From: Bugula neritina
Lineage: Eukaryota; Animalia; Bryozoa
Length of the DNA stretch: 64,000 nt
Direction of reading: 5' to 3'
Assembly: GCA_964035545.1 (NCBI GenBank)
Contig: OZ037767.1
Location: forward strand, 14,307,801-14,371,800
In this document: piece by piece, positions 11,279-25,910 of the stretch
How the letters are laid out: the number at the start of each line of letters is the position of its first letter
How positions within the stretch are numbered: position 1 is the stretch's first letter
The notes under the pieces: generated by a model
What the model saw: the letters and a program-made list of their open reading frames with translations, nothing else
What the model was told of the DNA's origin: nothing
The model's database searches: none
Program-made: the position numbers and the translations under genes

Positions 11279-14200
11279 CCTACTTATTTCATGCAGTAAC
11301 ACTTATATGATATATACCTATTATAAGTACTGATAGGAACATATTAGAGCAACCTACAAGCAGTGGGGATACTCATTAAATATCTCATAACCAAAACACT
11401 GACTATGAGTGTCCAGTGAAATATAATTGATTATATGTCATCACACATGTTACTATATATAACTTTAGTACAGTATAATAAAGCAGAGGTAGACTATAAA
11501 ATCTCTTTGAGTAACAAACTATATTTAGTGCCAACTTTTCTATTAAATACAGACAATGATATGCTTAAGTAATCAACTTCTCACATTGTCTAAGATTTTG
11601 CTGTTAAAATGAAAATATTATTTATAGGTAACCCAAAAGGTTTGCCCTTGTAAACTATAGTGTATAAGAAATAGCAGCTTGCAACTGAGCTTATAGATTG
11701 AGTAACTCGTCATTCTAGTTGATTCTATTAAAAATTTTGACAGTAAATATAATACAGAATTACTAAAACACAGTAACAGTTTCCTTTTGCCAATCAGAGA
11801 AGTGAACAGCTGTAAAATAAGAATGTGATTTAACACACATTTGGTATAACTTTACAACTAACATATGGTTACAGGTAAAATGAATAAAGTAAAGTAGCCG
11901 CAGTAAAGTAAACCAGGTTCAAAATCCGAGAACTCTAATTACTTATTAGATCAGCTTTACATGAACTCCATTAATTGTTTACTTCAGTTTGATATGCATA
12001 GAAATTCAATCTAATAAGTGAAGTCAGTTTAATCAATACTAAATAATAAAGTCATCTATAGATATTTCATTTCTGTTAAGAGCTTATAAATGTTTTATCA
12101 TTCATAATGTACATTTTGAGTGTAAATTACAAAAAATTATATTTATTTCATTTGCTTTTGTTTTGTTTAATCAAAGTAGTTGGCATTATCCTTTCATCTT
12201 GACTAGTAAGCATGGAAAATTATAGCATATCTTCAACCCTCCTTCACTTTACAATCAATGCTTGATTTAAATAACAATATTTTTCACATTATGATAGGAT
12301 AATAAACTCTTCATTAGTCTTACTATAGACATAGTGATTAGTCACTAGACACAAGGAATCAGCTAACAGCTCTCGGTTCTGGAAACAGAATTTTACTGAT
12401 TCTGTTGTATATAATATATAACTGCTCTAGTTAAAAGGAGTAAATGTAAAATAATAGTAAGATGCTTGTTGTATACATTTTGTGCCTGGCATAGTTTAGC
12501 ATTGCTTATTTAGCTTAGAACTTTCATGCAATCAATTTAATCTACTCATGGGTTATTGACTTCAATAAACTTATAATACCTTTACATTCAAAAGGAGTGA
12601 ATGTGAAATAATATTAGGATAGGTGTAGAGTTTTACACATATTGTGCTTTGCATTTAAATGTTGTTTATTTAGTGTGGAGCTTTCATGCAATCAATTTTA
12701 TCTTATCTGATGATGTATTGATTTTAATTGTTACCCAATACATTTCTATTTAAAGGAGTGAATGTGAAATAATATTAGGATAGGTGTGTAGACGAGTTGT
12801 ATTTTAGCATTATTTATTTAGCTAAAAACTTCAATGCAATCAAGCTACTCTTTGACAGGTGTATTGGTTTCAATTGATATCCCAGACATTTCAATTTAAG
12901 AAGAGTAAATGTGAAATATTAGTAAAATACTTGCAAGCTTGCTTACATTACGTGCTTGACAGAGTTTAGCATTGTTTATTTGGCTCAGAACTTTCATGCT
13001 ATCAAATTATAATATTTGCCTGGTTATTGAGTTTAATATATCTCTAATATAGAGATTAGCACTATAAAGCTAGTTTATGCAGTAGCCATGCATTGATATA
13101 CTTTCTCCTCTATGCTATTTATTCACCAGCATGATATTTTATGAACTCAGGCTATTTAAATTATGTACATATAGTTCTACTTAAAATATAGTTGAGTATA
13201 ATAACTTAGCTTACTGGTGACATGAAAATAAAAGCAGGAAATAAAATAAAACAAACAAAACTTATGCCATTAATTCATTAAAATCACAAAAAATATGTTG
13301 TGTTTGTTTGTTTCAGTGTGAAACGTTTATCTACAAATTAAATTGTATATTTAGTTACCTTCAGGTAGTTCCTTTCTTTTCTTGTTTTAAATAGAATAAT
13401 ATTTAATTCAAAAATAATACTAATGAACTATTTGCTATATTATGAGTCATTCCTACCCATCACTCCTGCTAAGCATCATTTAAACGGATATAAACTTTTT
13501 GCTTGTTTATAGGCAAAGGGGATGCCCATGAAATATTTTATAAGCAAAACACTGATGAGTGTAAAATGAAATATCATGGTTATATGTCATTACATATGTA
13601 TTAAAATCTATAATTAAAAAACGTATTCAAAATCTCAAAACTAAGTTTTATAAATAGATCAGCTCTATAACATGAACTCAATTGAACAGTCTGTAAACCT
13701 ATAATATCTTATTGCGAATGAGAATTGCACTAAGAAAAACTTTTATTGAAGTTATCTTGTTCATTATACATACCAATTTATATACTCATAAAAATGTTTT
13801 ATTCTGTGATAATAAAGAAGATGCAATCTGAATGAATAGTAACTTAATATTGTATCATCATGTGACATCCTCTTGTTTAATATCTCAATATACTCAATTG
13901 AAGATATATTCGCCAAAACTTATTGATATAATAATTATTTCTGTGTTGAGTTTATTACTACTTCACATGTAAAATATGTATATAAAACAACAAAAGAAGT
14001 AAAATGTAATAAACATTATCACGGAAAAAATAAAGCTAAGGTATTAAAATCAATGTAGGTAGAATTCATAACTATACGCCTCTACGTTGATGCTAGTTCT
14101 GGTTCTTCGTTTAAAGTGCACAGACTATACATGGGTTGGTACATAATAATGTATTTTTCTAAAATCAGGCATGTTGTGTTGAAATAGGTTTATTATATCT

Positions 14201-15117
14201 GGAGGCATGGCTGATGGTCTTCCATGTAAATTCATATAAGTGAGTATGACAGTGGAGAAAAATATGAAAACTTGTAGAGTGTCTTTAATTCTCCCTCACT
14301 TGACAATACTTGATGGAAATAAAAACTTAAAGGGCCTGCCCACAATCCTCTAAATTATAAAACGAAAATAAACCCTTCATTAGTCTCACACTAGACATGA
14401 GTGATTATATAGTCACTAGACACAAGAAATCCTAACAGCTCTCAGTTCTGGAAACACAATTTTACTGATTCTGTTGTATGATATTTAACTGATCTAGTTA
14501 AAGAAATGAATGTGAAATAATAGTAAGATGCTTGTTGTATACATTTTGTGCCTGGCACAGTTTAGCTTTGTTTATTTAGCTTAGAGCTTTTATATATACA
14601 ACCAATTTAATCTTTAGCTTTAGCTTGTGTATTGATTTCAATCGATATCCCAGACATTTCTATTTACATAGATTGAATGTGAAATATTAGTAAAATACTT
14701 GCAGACTTGCTTACATTACGTGCTTGACAGAGTTTAGCGTTGTTTATTTGGCTCAGAACTTTCATGCTATCAAATTATAATATTTGCCTAGTTCATTAAT
14801 TTTAATATCACTCTAATATAGAGATTAGCACTATAAAGCTAGTTCATGCAGTAGCCATGCATTGGTATACTTTCTCCTCTATGCTATTTATTCACCAGCA
14901 TGATACTTTATGAACTCTGGCTATTTAGATTCTGTACATAATTCTACTTGAAATATAGTTGAGTATAATAACTTAGCTTACTGGTGACATAGAAATAAAA
15001 GCAGCAAATAAAATAAAACAAACAAAACTTATGCCAATAATCCATTAAACTCACAAAAAATATGTTGTGTTAGTTTTTTCAGTGTGAAATGTTTATTTAC
15101 AAATTAAATTTTATATT

Positions 15118-15320
15118 TAGTATATAGTATAATATAGTGTTTATATACAGTATATAGTATAATATAGTGTTTATATACAGTATATAGTATATTATAGTGT
15201 ATATACAGTATATATAGTATATTATAGTGTATATACAGTATATAGTATATTATAGTGTATATACAGTATATATAGTATATCATAGTGTTTATACAGTATA
15301 TATAGTATATTATAGTGTAT
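15118..15320. repeat. About 28-30-bp minisatellite, about 7 copies
   Basis: AGTGT(T/A)TATACAGTATATAGTAT(A)TTAT units, followed by (AT)n at about 15393-15432 and short TATATATACTGT repeats. Confidence 0.85.
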
Positions 15321-15389
15321 ATAATATACGTGTATGTATATTATTATAGTGTTGATCCTGTATGTGCACTATTCGGTGTATATATGTTG

Positions 15390-15437
<48 letters not shown>

Positions 15438-17664
15438 ATATATACTGTTATATATGCTGTTATATATACTGTTATATATACTGTTATATACAGTGTATGT
15501 ACTCTAGTATTATTTTGTATATATTATGTATTTAGAGCTAACTCCAGGGAAGTCCTGTAATGTTAGTAGCAATTTCAAGAACCCACAAGAAAAAAAACCC
15601 AACAGTCAAACAAAACTCTGATGAACAAACTTTTACCTGCAGGCAGTCAACATTGACTGAACACGGCTTTGAAGTTACAGGAAATACAAACAGAAGTTTA
15701 GAAGAGTAAAACAGTGAAGGAAAAACACAACTGTATATAATGTTAAATATTTATAGCTTATATATACCACTCCGACCGTTATTTTAATAAGCCCAAGTGG
15801 TGCCTCTTTTAACTAAGATATAAACACAGATTAACTGAAATCTTCCAATTATCCTGTAACAAATGCAAATTGTTCAAACTTTCATTATTAGATCAGGCTT
15901 CCTTAATATGTAAATATTTGAATTACAACTCTAGTTATAAATATGAATATAATATAATAGAAAGCATGAAGCTATTCCCTAAAACTTATGACTTTCAAGT
16001 AGTTCCTTTCATTTCTTGTTTTAATTAAAATAATATTTAATTCAAAAATAATATAAATGAACTATATGTTATATATTATGAGTAATTCCTACCCATCACT
16101 CCTGCTAAACGTCATTTAAACAAATAAAAATTTTCTGCATTTATAGGCAAAGGGGATGCCCATAAAATATTTCATAATTAAGTTAAACACTGATGAGTGT
16201 CAAGTGAAATATTATTGATTATATGTCATCAAATGTTACTATGTATAACTTAAGTGCAGTATAATAAAACAGAAGTAGAATATAATATATCTTTGAGTAA
16301 CAAATTGTATTTAGTGCCAACTTTTCTATCAAATACAGACAATGATATGCTTAAGTAATCAACTTCTCAACATTGCCCAATATTTTGCTGTTAAAATGAA
16401 AGTATTATTTATAAGTAACCCAACAGGTTTTTCCCTTGTAAACTATAGTGTATAAGAAGTAGCAGCTTGCAACTGAGCTTATAGATTTAGTAACTTGTCA
16501 TTGTAGTTGATTTTAGTAGGAAGTTTGACAGTAAATATAATACAGAATTACTAAAACACAGTAACAGTTTCCTTTTGCCAATCAGAGAAGTGAACAGCTG
16601 TAAATTAAAAAAATGATGTAACACACATTTGGTATAACTTTACAACTAACATATAGTTACAGGTAAGATGAATAAAGTAAAGTAGCTGCAGCAAAGGAAA
16701 CAGGTTCAAAATCTCAGAACTCTAATTACTTATTGGATGAGCTTTACATGAACTTCCATCAATTGTTTACTTCAGTTTGATATGCGTGGTGATTCGATCT
16801 AATAAGTGAAGTCAGTTTAATCAATACTAAATAATAAAGTAATCCATAGATATTTAATTTTTGTTAAGATCTTATAATTTTTTTATAATTCATAATTCAT
16901 AATGCATATTTTGAGTAAAAATTACAAAAATTAGTTTTTATTTCATTTATTTTTGTCTTGTTTGATCAAAGTTATAGTTGACATTATCTTATAATTTCAT
17001 AATGGGAAAATGACTGTTATGCAACTAATAGAACATGGTAAAATATTATATATAGAAATAAAAACATAAAGGGCCTGCCCACAATCCTTCAAATTATGAT
17101 AGGAAAATAAACTCTTCATTAGTCTCACTCTAAACATGAGTGATTAGTCACTAGACACAAGGAATTAGCTAACAGCTCTCAGTTCTGGAAACATAATTTT
17201 ACTGATTCTGTTGTATAATATTTAACTTCTCTATAAGTTGAAAGAAGTGAAAGTGAAATAATATTAGGATAGGTGTAGAGTTATACACATATGTTATATG
17301 CATATTGTGCTTTGCATTTTAGCGTTGTTTATTTAGCATAAACCTTCATGCAATCAATTTAATATAATATTAGGATAGGTGCATGTGTAGTCTAGTTGTA
17401 CACATATTGCATTTTGTATTTTAGCGTTGTTTATTTAGTGTAGAATTTTCAGGCAATCTATGACTGAAATATTGACTTCAATATCACTCCAATATAGAGA
17501 TTAGCACTAGAGTTACATGCAGCAGCCCTAGAGAGACTTTCCTCTCTATACTATAATTAAGTTTATCAGTATAATATCTTAAAAAATCAAGCAATTCAAA
17601 TACTGTACATAATTCTACTTGACATATAATTAGGTGGTGTGGTGTTGTGTTGGGTTTACTCAGT

Positions 17665-17738
17665 GGCCCCTGTGGTGCAATATGGTGGCCGACCTGTTTT
17701 CAAGCCAGAAGTCTGGGGTTCGAATCCCAGTAAGGGCA
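17665..17738 (+). mobile_element. tRNA-derived short interspersed repeat (degenerate)
   Basis: GGCCCCTGTGGTGCAA...CAAGCCAGAAGTCTGGGGTTCGAATCCCAGTAAGGGCA; B-box GGTTCGAATCC; similar to copies at 40150, 31843 and 25865. Confidence 0.6.
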
Positions 17739-20241
17739 AAAGTTTTTTCAAGCTAGTTTTGGTGCTAGTGCATGTAATATAGTAGAACTCCGAGGAAGCT
17801 GAGAGGCCAGGAGAGCCTAAAAGCACAATTTTTAACTGCTTGCTCTAGTTAGTATAAGTGAATTTGCACCAATATAATATATTGTTGTTGTCTTGTGAAC
17901 TACTACTAACATGGTTTATGTGCAGAACTGCTGAATCATTACCTAACTATGAGGTTTGCAAAGAGAACCGAGGAGGGGTTGTGTTATACAAACAACTAGA
18001 CTTTAGATCTAATTACAGGAAGGCAAAGTATAATAGACAAAAACACCATATAAGATCAGATACAAGCTATTAGCTTAAGCCTATAGTTACCTCAAGACTG
18101 AAGCTGGGGGCCAGTAGGTGCTACTTATGAATAGAGAGTGCCATCTGATTGTCCGGTGGAGTTCTGGCAATAAGTAGTTTTGTGTCGCTTATCCAGGCCG
18201 CAGAAGAGCGACATTTTAGAATGTACTTATACTGAGCATTGTACGTAGAGTTATCGCACTTTGCAAATATAATATAATACAGCTAAGCTTTTTATTACAA
18301 GTGTTTGTAACCTGGTGGCTGAGAAACAGTACTTCCCACAGCCATTACAATATAATATAATTAAATATTATAATATAATACAATATAATATAGTAAAATG
18401 CTTGTTGTATACATTTTGTCCCTGGCATAGTTTAGCATGGTTTATTTAGCTATTAGAACTTTTATGCAATCAATTTACCATTTTTGATGATGTATGGAGT
18501 TCAATTGATCTCCTATACATTTCTATATATTAACAGAGTGAATGTGAAAAAATAGTAAAATGTTGCAGACTTGCATACATTACTTGCTTGACAGAGTTTA
18601 GCGTCGTTTATTTAGCTCAGAACTTTCATACAATCAATTTTTCTGTTGCAGGTTTATTGATTTCTATTGATCTCCAATACATTTCTAATTTGTAAAACAA
18701 TAGTAAGATAATTGTATAGTTTTACACATATTGTCTCTGACAGCATGCAGCGTTGTTTTTTAGCTTAGAACTTTCATGCAATCAATGTACTCTTTTTCTG
18801 TATATTGATTTAGATTAATCTCCAATACATTCTCATGAAAGGGAGTCAGCAAGATATGTAATTGTATAGTTTTACACATATTGTATACCTGGCAGCATTC
18901 GATTAGCATTGTTTATTTAGTTCAGAGCTTTCATGCAATCAATGCAGTCTTTGGCTGCATATTGATTATAATTAATCTCCAATACAGAGATTAGCACTAG
19001 AGGTACATGCAGTAGACATTAAAAGACTTTCTTCTTTACTAAGTTTACCAAGATAATATTTTATGAACTCAAGTCATTTATATGCTGTACATATTCTACT
19101 TGAAGTATTATTGAGCCATAGTTAGCCAACTTGTGGTGATTTGCCATATGCAGAATATTTCGTGAATCGTTTTGATACAATGTATTTGTGGAGAATTAAA
19201 AAGCCTTGCGTATTTGTATGTGAAAACAGTAGAAAGTTTATATATAAAAGTTATGATTCCACACAAAGCATACTAAATTTACTATCATGTGCATAGTTTA
19301 ATATCAATTATTATAAATACGTTGAGTGATATATTTATTGCTATTTTAGTATTTATCTGTAGTACATAATAAAAATAACATATAATGGTAATATGATATA
19401 CTAATAACTAACTGGTCACCGTGGAAACTATTTAGATGGCTTTCAACCTTGCTCTGCTGTATTCAGCAATTAAACTCACAACTCAGCTATGGCTGAGCAA
19501 CATGTTAAAACTGGTACAACTAGTATGCTCTCCTCATAATATTAAATTCTAATTGTATCTGTGAAACAAGATTTGTGAGAAGAATTCTAAAACAAGAATT
19601 TAAATTCTGCTAACAACATTCATTTTTTTTTATTTATAGGAATTTTATCTAAAGTTCTGTCTAGTAATTATCAAGTTAATGTTAATGTGTCAAGACTGCC
19701 TGTACCATGAAACATATTCACAGTATTCCACTATCTGCATACTGTAACCCTTGCTGAGTGATATCTGATTATTCTCTATGCACTGGTGTAGTACTTATTA
19801 TAGTAAAGACTTTAAAGTTTGATATATAAGACTGTTTATTGCTTGTCAGATATCACACAATAAGAACACTGTCATACCAACAATAATATGACTATCTTGT
19901 CTTTGAATAAACTGACCAATATATACACGTAATTCCAGTTGTAACATTCTAACACTATTGGAGAGAAAATATTACTATAAACAAAATATTCTATAAAAAT
20001 TTTCAATTTAGAAAGTACCAGATCTGGTTGGAATGCAATATAGAGAGAATATATACTCATAATGATGCAAAAACAGGAAATTAAAAGTGTTGAATGAAGT
20101 AGGAATGCTAAGTTGACCTAGATATATAGACATGAGTTGACCTAGATATATAGACAGAAGTAATATGCTGGTTCAAACATATAGTATATGAGGTTACTTT
20201 GACCTATATAGAATGGGTATTTGGGTCACATTGACCTAGAT

Positions 20242-23200
20242 TCAATAGTCTGTGGGTGGACTGAGAAGAGTTCGTACAACTTCTGCATATCTGATCTGAC
20301 TTCCTGTTTGACCAGATTCCCTGAGAACTGCTTCCACTGAAAGAAATAAGTTAAATTGACTCGTGGAAAGATTAATCTGCTATGAAAGACACGGGGAGGG
20401 GGACGTGGTGTTCAACGTCCCTAGATTGTGTAGAATGCAAAAATGAACAAAACAGCAATATCTTAATTCGGCATAAATAATGTTACATTAAAACTAAAAA
20501 CAGTTCAAACTGATAAAATTATATTGCCAATATTTTCTTTATATATTATCCTAGAAGATTGTTGACTGAAAAATATTTGTAAAAAAAATATTTTATCGAG
20601 TTTTATTTATAGTTGCAAAAAATTTTCAATTAACTTATAAGGCATGGACTTAAAATATATTAATGAGAGCATACACGAGTGAAGTAACCATAAATATAAT
20701 CTGGGCAACAATAAATATCTTCACTTTGAATATCAGTTACTTAAATATATTGCTTTTTCTAAAAAGTTCATTATTAAAACAAACAGAATTTCAAATCAGA
20801 TTGGCAAGCCATTTTCAGAGTATAAAATGCATGTAATGATGTAAAGCAGTGTTCGGAGTTGTCTTCCATCAGCAAAAAAGAGAATGGGCTGACAACTTCT
20901 CAGCTACGAGTAACACTCACCCATTCTAGCGTTGACCTTTTCACCCGAGTTACACATAATAGCCTTGAAGTCAGCTGCCGATATTAAACCATTTTTCTTT
21001 CTATCCTGAGCAGCGAAGGCAGCCATGATTTCGTTCTCGCAATCCTCGGCCCGAGAATGGTCGTAGAGGATATTGAGGAACTGATCGAATGGAATCCCAT
21101 TGGCTGCACGATACAATAAAATGAGAAGATAATAATATGTTTGAAAGTTGTTTTCTGTTTTAGAATTTCACAGCTGAGTGCTTCCAGTTGATTTCCAACA
21201 CTTCACTTGAATGGAACATTTTTTACTTTTCTAATCTCTCAACTTATTACAAGTTATACATTAATAATTTTAATTTAATGCTTCAAATAAATTATTATCA
21301 CCACTTCAGGTGATTTAGAGCTGGTGGAAAAAAGAACTAATGGTCAATATAAAGGAGGTCAGGCTATGGCAAAGTGTCACCAAAGCCATTTAAAATCTAT
21401 GAGAGACCCAAAATCTTTAGTGATTCAAATTCTCACAGAAATGAACTGATCGGTTTTCACAAATTGAAATTATTTTTCAAAATTTGTCAAATTCTACAAC
21501 ATTGAATAAAGTATTAGAGTATGAAACACATGAACCTTGTTGGAATAAAAAGCAACTTGAAATCTACATCAAAACTATTCCATTGTTAATTAAAAAAATT
21601 GAAAGGAATTTATTCGGGAAAAGTTTTATAGCTTATTCAGACACAACGAATTGATACTTAACCATAGTTGTGCGATAACAAAGTAAAAGTTTTTTTTGTT
21701 AATAAAATAGTCAAATATGACAAATTTAAAATTTATTAGCTGAAAAAAAGCTGAAATTTTAGTAAATTTATGTTAAACAACAATTGGACGATGAAAAGTA
21801 AATGAAAATGACACGTAAAACTGAATGCCATGTTCGTGTTTGTATATCAAACTCAAACTGATTATTTATTTTTTCGTAGGCTTTCTCAACTTATTACTTA
21901 AATTTTTTATTGTTGCAAAATAAAAAAATATATATGCCATGTTTTATTGTATTTCCTCCATAAAAAAACTATTGCTACGGCGCTTTTAGCTGGACTAATT
22001 ATAACATAAAATCAAAAAGAAGCGGGCAGTGATTACTTTATGTGAAATGATTCAGTTGCATCAATTTCAATCAAACCACGTGTTAACTTTTTCATATCAC
22101 TGCTACTCATTCTGACTCATTCTGCACATCAACCCAGTTGTTTAAGTGCATCTTTGTAGTTAGAATTAAAAAGATCATACAGTGCAGCTGGTCTAGCTCT
22201 GACAATTTCTATACAAAAAAAACCTAATTCTGCCATGAAAACTGCTTGAAAATTTTTTGAGATGCTGCTGACTAGTAAGATAATATGCTTCCTACAAATT
22301 AATTCAATTTCATTAATTATTATTTGTTATCCATAATATTACTAATATATTGATTATTCAATTTAGTTACAAGCAATGCCGCTTGGGCACTTGTTTGCCA
22401 TGTGAACTATGCCCCCGCGCTTTTTGCTGTTTGAAACAAGCCGATGATGTACGATCAAATAAAATTCGTCAGCTGAAGCTTAGCTAGGCCAGGTTCCAAC
22501 AAATTTTTGAAAAGTCGATCACTTCGAAAACTCTTCCACTGTCAAACCAATAAAAGGACAATAGTTTGGCGCAATGAACGCACTTGGTCTAATCACGTGA
22601 TCCTAAACGAACAAAATCTGCATTCGCTGTGTTACTATGGCTCGCTAATCGTCCAATTCGTTGATCAGCTGAATAAGCTATTAGCAGGACAACTACTTGC
22701 AAAAAGAAGATAACTTCTAATTACTCACTTGATTTATATTTGTTCCAGTATTTAACAGATTCTTCTAAAGTAGGGCTAAATCCTAGAGACCTCATTGTGA
22801 ATCTCAATGACTTCTCATTCACAATGTAGTGACTCACATTGTTCATTTCAAAGCACTCCTTGAACTCTGAATTATACAGAAAGTAATATTAACTACGAGT
22901 AGACAACCACAACAAAATACAGGCAGCTATGAAAAGAGTAAACAACTACAACACAATGCAGCAGATAGCAAGGATAAACCAGAATATAAACTGCAAAAAT
23001 ATTACTGATCCCAATTGCAAAATAATTTTTTTTAAACTTGGCTTATAGCCAAAAACATTACTGTGCCCTAGAACTTAGCAAAAAAATCTATCAGTTTAAC
23101 TTTCAAAACTAGGATGCCTTTTCATATAACTAAAAAAACAACCACATGCACTTCAAATAAAGTATAAATGAAACATAAAGTGGTGAGATAATACAAACCT

Positions 23201-24814
23201 CTGCAGTAGTACAGCTTAGCCCAACATATTATTCTGGAAGGTTTTTATGAAACAAGCATATAAACAAGTTTTATGTACACGTTAACTATTGCTTGAAGTT
23301 CTCTAATTTAAGAACAACTGTGAACGAGTCTTTGGCTTTAGCTATAGCTACTGTAGACTCTTCTATCTCCTGCTAGGCAAACCGTGTCTGAATAACAAAA
23401 ACATATATCCAACGGATACTGTGTACTACAGCTAGGGAAAACGATTGGGCAGTAGAATTGACTTACCCTGTATGTCATCTTCCTTGAAATGCTGGGCCTA
23501 CAGACAAAAATTATACCAAGAATAGAAGGAATAAAACAAATAGCCGGTCTATTCAATATTTATAACTTTGGTTTAGAATCGCAAGTAGCTTTTAGCAAAA
23601 TGGCTAGGTTATGATGAAGAAAATAACATCCTAAGATTTTTACAAACTTAAAGGACATTCTGTGTAGCATGATGTGAGCTTTTTTAAGATTATTATTGTA
23701 ATGGTTAAAGGCTAAAGAAACTAATGCTCACTCCTCTGTCAGTGTCCCATTTATGCAGGTAAAACTTCCAGTTTATTTTTAAACTCAGTGAATTACATTC
23801 AGGTAGATAATTTCCTATCCTATGCTAGTCTTCCCTGGTAATATGCAGCCAGAGACTAGACCTAGCTATTGGTGCTGGTTCTGCGCAAAAATTGACACTT
23901 TAAAAAAGTTTTTTCATGTGACCACTGATTTGAGCTAAACCACATGCTAATCAAAAACATATTAAAGAAATTAATAATTTTGAATACGATTAATATTACC
24001 ATTAAAATATTAATCATTCAATTATAAAATTTGTAAAACTGAATTGTATAATACAACTTTAACAAACAATCACTATGATTGTATTTATATTAGTATTAAG
24101 CCATGCAGACTAAGGTTGGTATAACAGACACAGTAACTGTAAGTGTAAAACTAACAGTTTGAGTTTCAGTTTATGTTACACTTACAATTACATCAACACT
24201 CAGACACTTACTAAATGACTAAGTGGCTTAGTCTTACACGCACAGTTTAAGTTTACCCTTAATTTAAATCATACAGTTACAGTTACACTTATTCTTACTG
24301 TTAGCGTTACTGGCTAGTGGTTACACTTACAGTTACACCCACAGTTACACTTACACTTACAGTGACACTCACACTGACACGTATATACTTACTTAGTAGA
24401 GCTCATTAGGTCAGTATATAAGTGTAAGTGTCAGTCTGAGTGTCACTGTAACTGTAGGTGTAAGACTAAGAGTAAGTGTGACTGTGGGTGTAACTTAAAC
24501 TATAAGTATAAGCCATTAAGTATAACCACTAACCAGTAACACTAAGTAACTAGTAAGTCATTAACAGTAGCAGAAAGTGTAACTGTAAATGTATGACCTA
24601 AACTAAGTGTAAACTCAAATTTTAAGTGTATGACTAAGCCACTTTGTCATTTAGTAAGTCATTTAGTAAGTGTCCAAGTGCCAATTACTGCTTAGACTTA
24701 CTCACGTAGTCATTACACCTACACTTGAAGTGACAGTCAAACTCAACAGTGCGAGAATTATAGCTTTGCCTTTGGTGTTTGCCCTATCACTTTGAGTTTT
24801 TTATGACTTACCAT
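20242..24814 (-). CDS. CALML4: Calmodulin-like protein 4 (EF-hand family), 149 aa
   Basis: Exons 24814-24812 (ATG followed by GTAAGT, the calmodulin-type first intron), 23497-23467 (AQHFKEDDIQ), 22866-22729 (EFKECF...MRSLGFSPTLEE), 21103-20921 (IPFDQFLNIL...EIMAAFAAQDRKKNGLIS...GEK) and 20336-20242 (VEAVLRE...IRYAEVVRTLLSPPTDY-stop). The 450 nt are phase-consistent. The EFKECF and C-terminal P..DY motifs and the degenerate EF loops match CALML4. Confidence 0.85.
24200..24675. repeat. Imperfect palindrome or foldback repeat built from GTTACACTT-type subrepeats (CALML4 intron 1)
   Basis: ACACTTACTAAATGACTAAGTGGCTTAGTC (about 24204) is inverted to GACTAAGCCACTTTGTCATTTAGTAAGT (about 24632); TTACACCCACAGTTACAC is inverted to GTGTGACTGTGGGTGTAA; centre about 24400. 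Confidence 0.7.
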
Positions 24815-25864
24815 TAGAACTACTATATTTGGTTTGAAGCTTTGAAAAAATTGAATTCTAATTAATTTTTTTAATATTATTATTATAAATACAGATTCAG
24901 AGTTTTGCCACGCCCTGACAGTGCTTGCTAGCTATCTTTTTTATAAGAAATTGAAAGTCGGAATTGACATTTGTGTTAAAAACTTGACGCGTTATAAAAT
25001 CAAGTCTGACTAATCACATGTAGGTTCGATTATCAGTATTTATATAAATATTTTCGACACTTATTTTACGGGAAAATACAACAGCGAACCCATTACATGT
25101 TTTTGTAGACCCATTAATGAAATAATCATGATATTGAGAGATATTTACTTTGCTTAAAGTTTATGATCATCATGAGTATTACACATCATGAATATCAATA
25201 TCCATTGCTAATTATTATCATTATTTTATATTTATGACTTATACTTTAGTTTAAATGTTTAAATTAGTTTTTATTGCTTCACCATCATCATCGCCATGGG
25301 CATGGCCATGGGCATGAGCATGATGATGAGTGATGACTGATGAGACATGATGATTAGTCTTAGATCATGATAAACTCAAAATGATTATGAATTATGATAG
25401 ATCAAATAATAGTTATAAAGTTAAATAAATGTTATCATATTGTTATGGATAGAATCAGAATGTTTGTTTTAACTGGCGATTATCATTATGATTATCATTA
25501 TGATAATGATTACAACTTGAAGTTGAACAGTTAGTGTTACACTTACAGGTACTCTCACTCTTACACTCAGTGTATCTTTTACTCCTAATTAGTAAAGGTA
25601 ATTTTGCGCTTGAAGTTTGAGTACACTGACCTACACTTACAGTTAGTCCCACACTTACTGTTGAGCACTACACTTACTGTTGAGCATTTACTAGATTAGT
25701 TATTGAGTTTCTGTTAGAGTTGCTGGATAGTTAAAGTTTTCTTAGTCTTTAGTAATATTTTTTTACCAATTATAATGTTACTATTTCCAATTTTTTTTAA
25801 TTTCTAATACCTGAAAGTTTTACTACTATAAATGAAAATATTGTTAGGAATCCCGACACCACTG

Positions 25865-25910
25865 TAGTTGCAAGCCGGAGGTTTCTAGTTCGAATCCCAG
25901 TGGGGCCAAT
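25865..25910 (+). mobile_element. 5'-truncated tRNA-derived repeat
   Basis: TTGCAAGCCGGAGGTTTCTAGTTCGAATCCCAGTGGGGCCAATCATTTT matches the 3' half of the 40150 copy. Confidence 0.55.

Larger units (their letters stand above)
11283..19100. repeat. Patchwork of direct segmental duplications (modules A, B and linkers)
   Basis: Order: A (11283), linker, B (12345), C (13358), deleted A, B (14415), C (15995), A (16150), linker, partial B (17150), diverged B (18390). All copies are in the same orientation. Confidence 0.8.
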
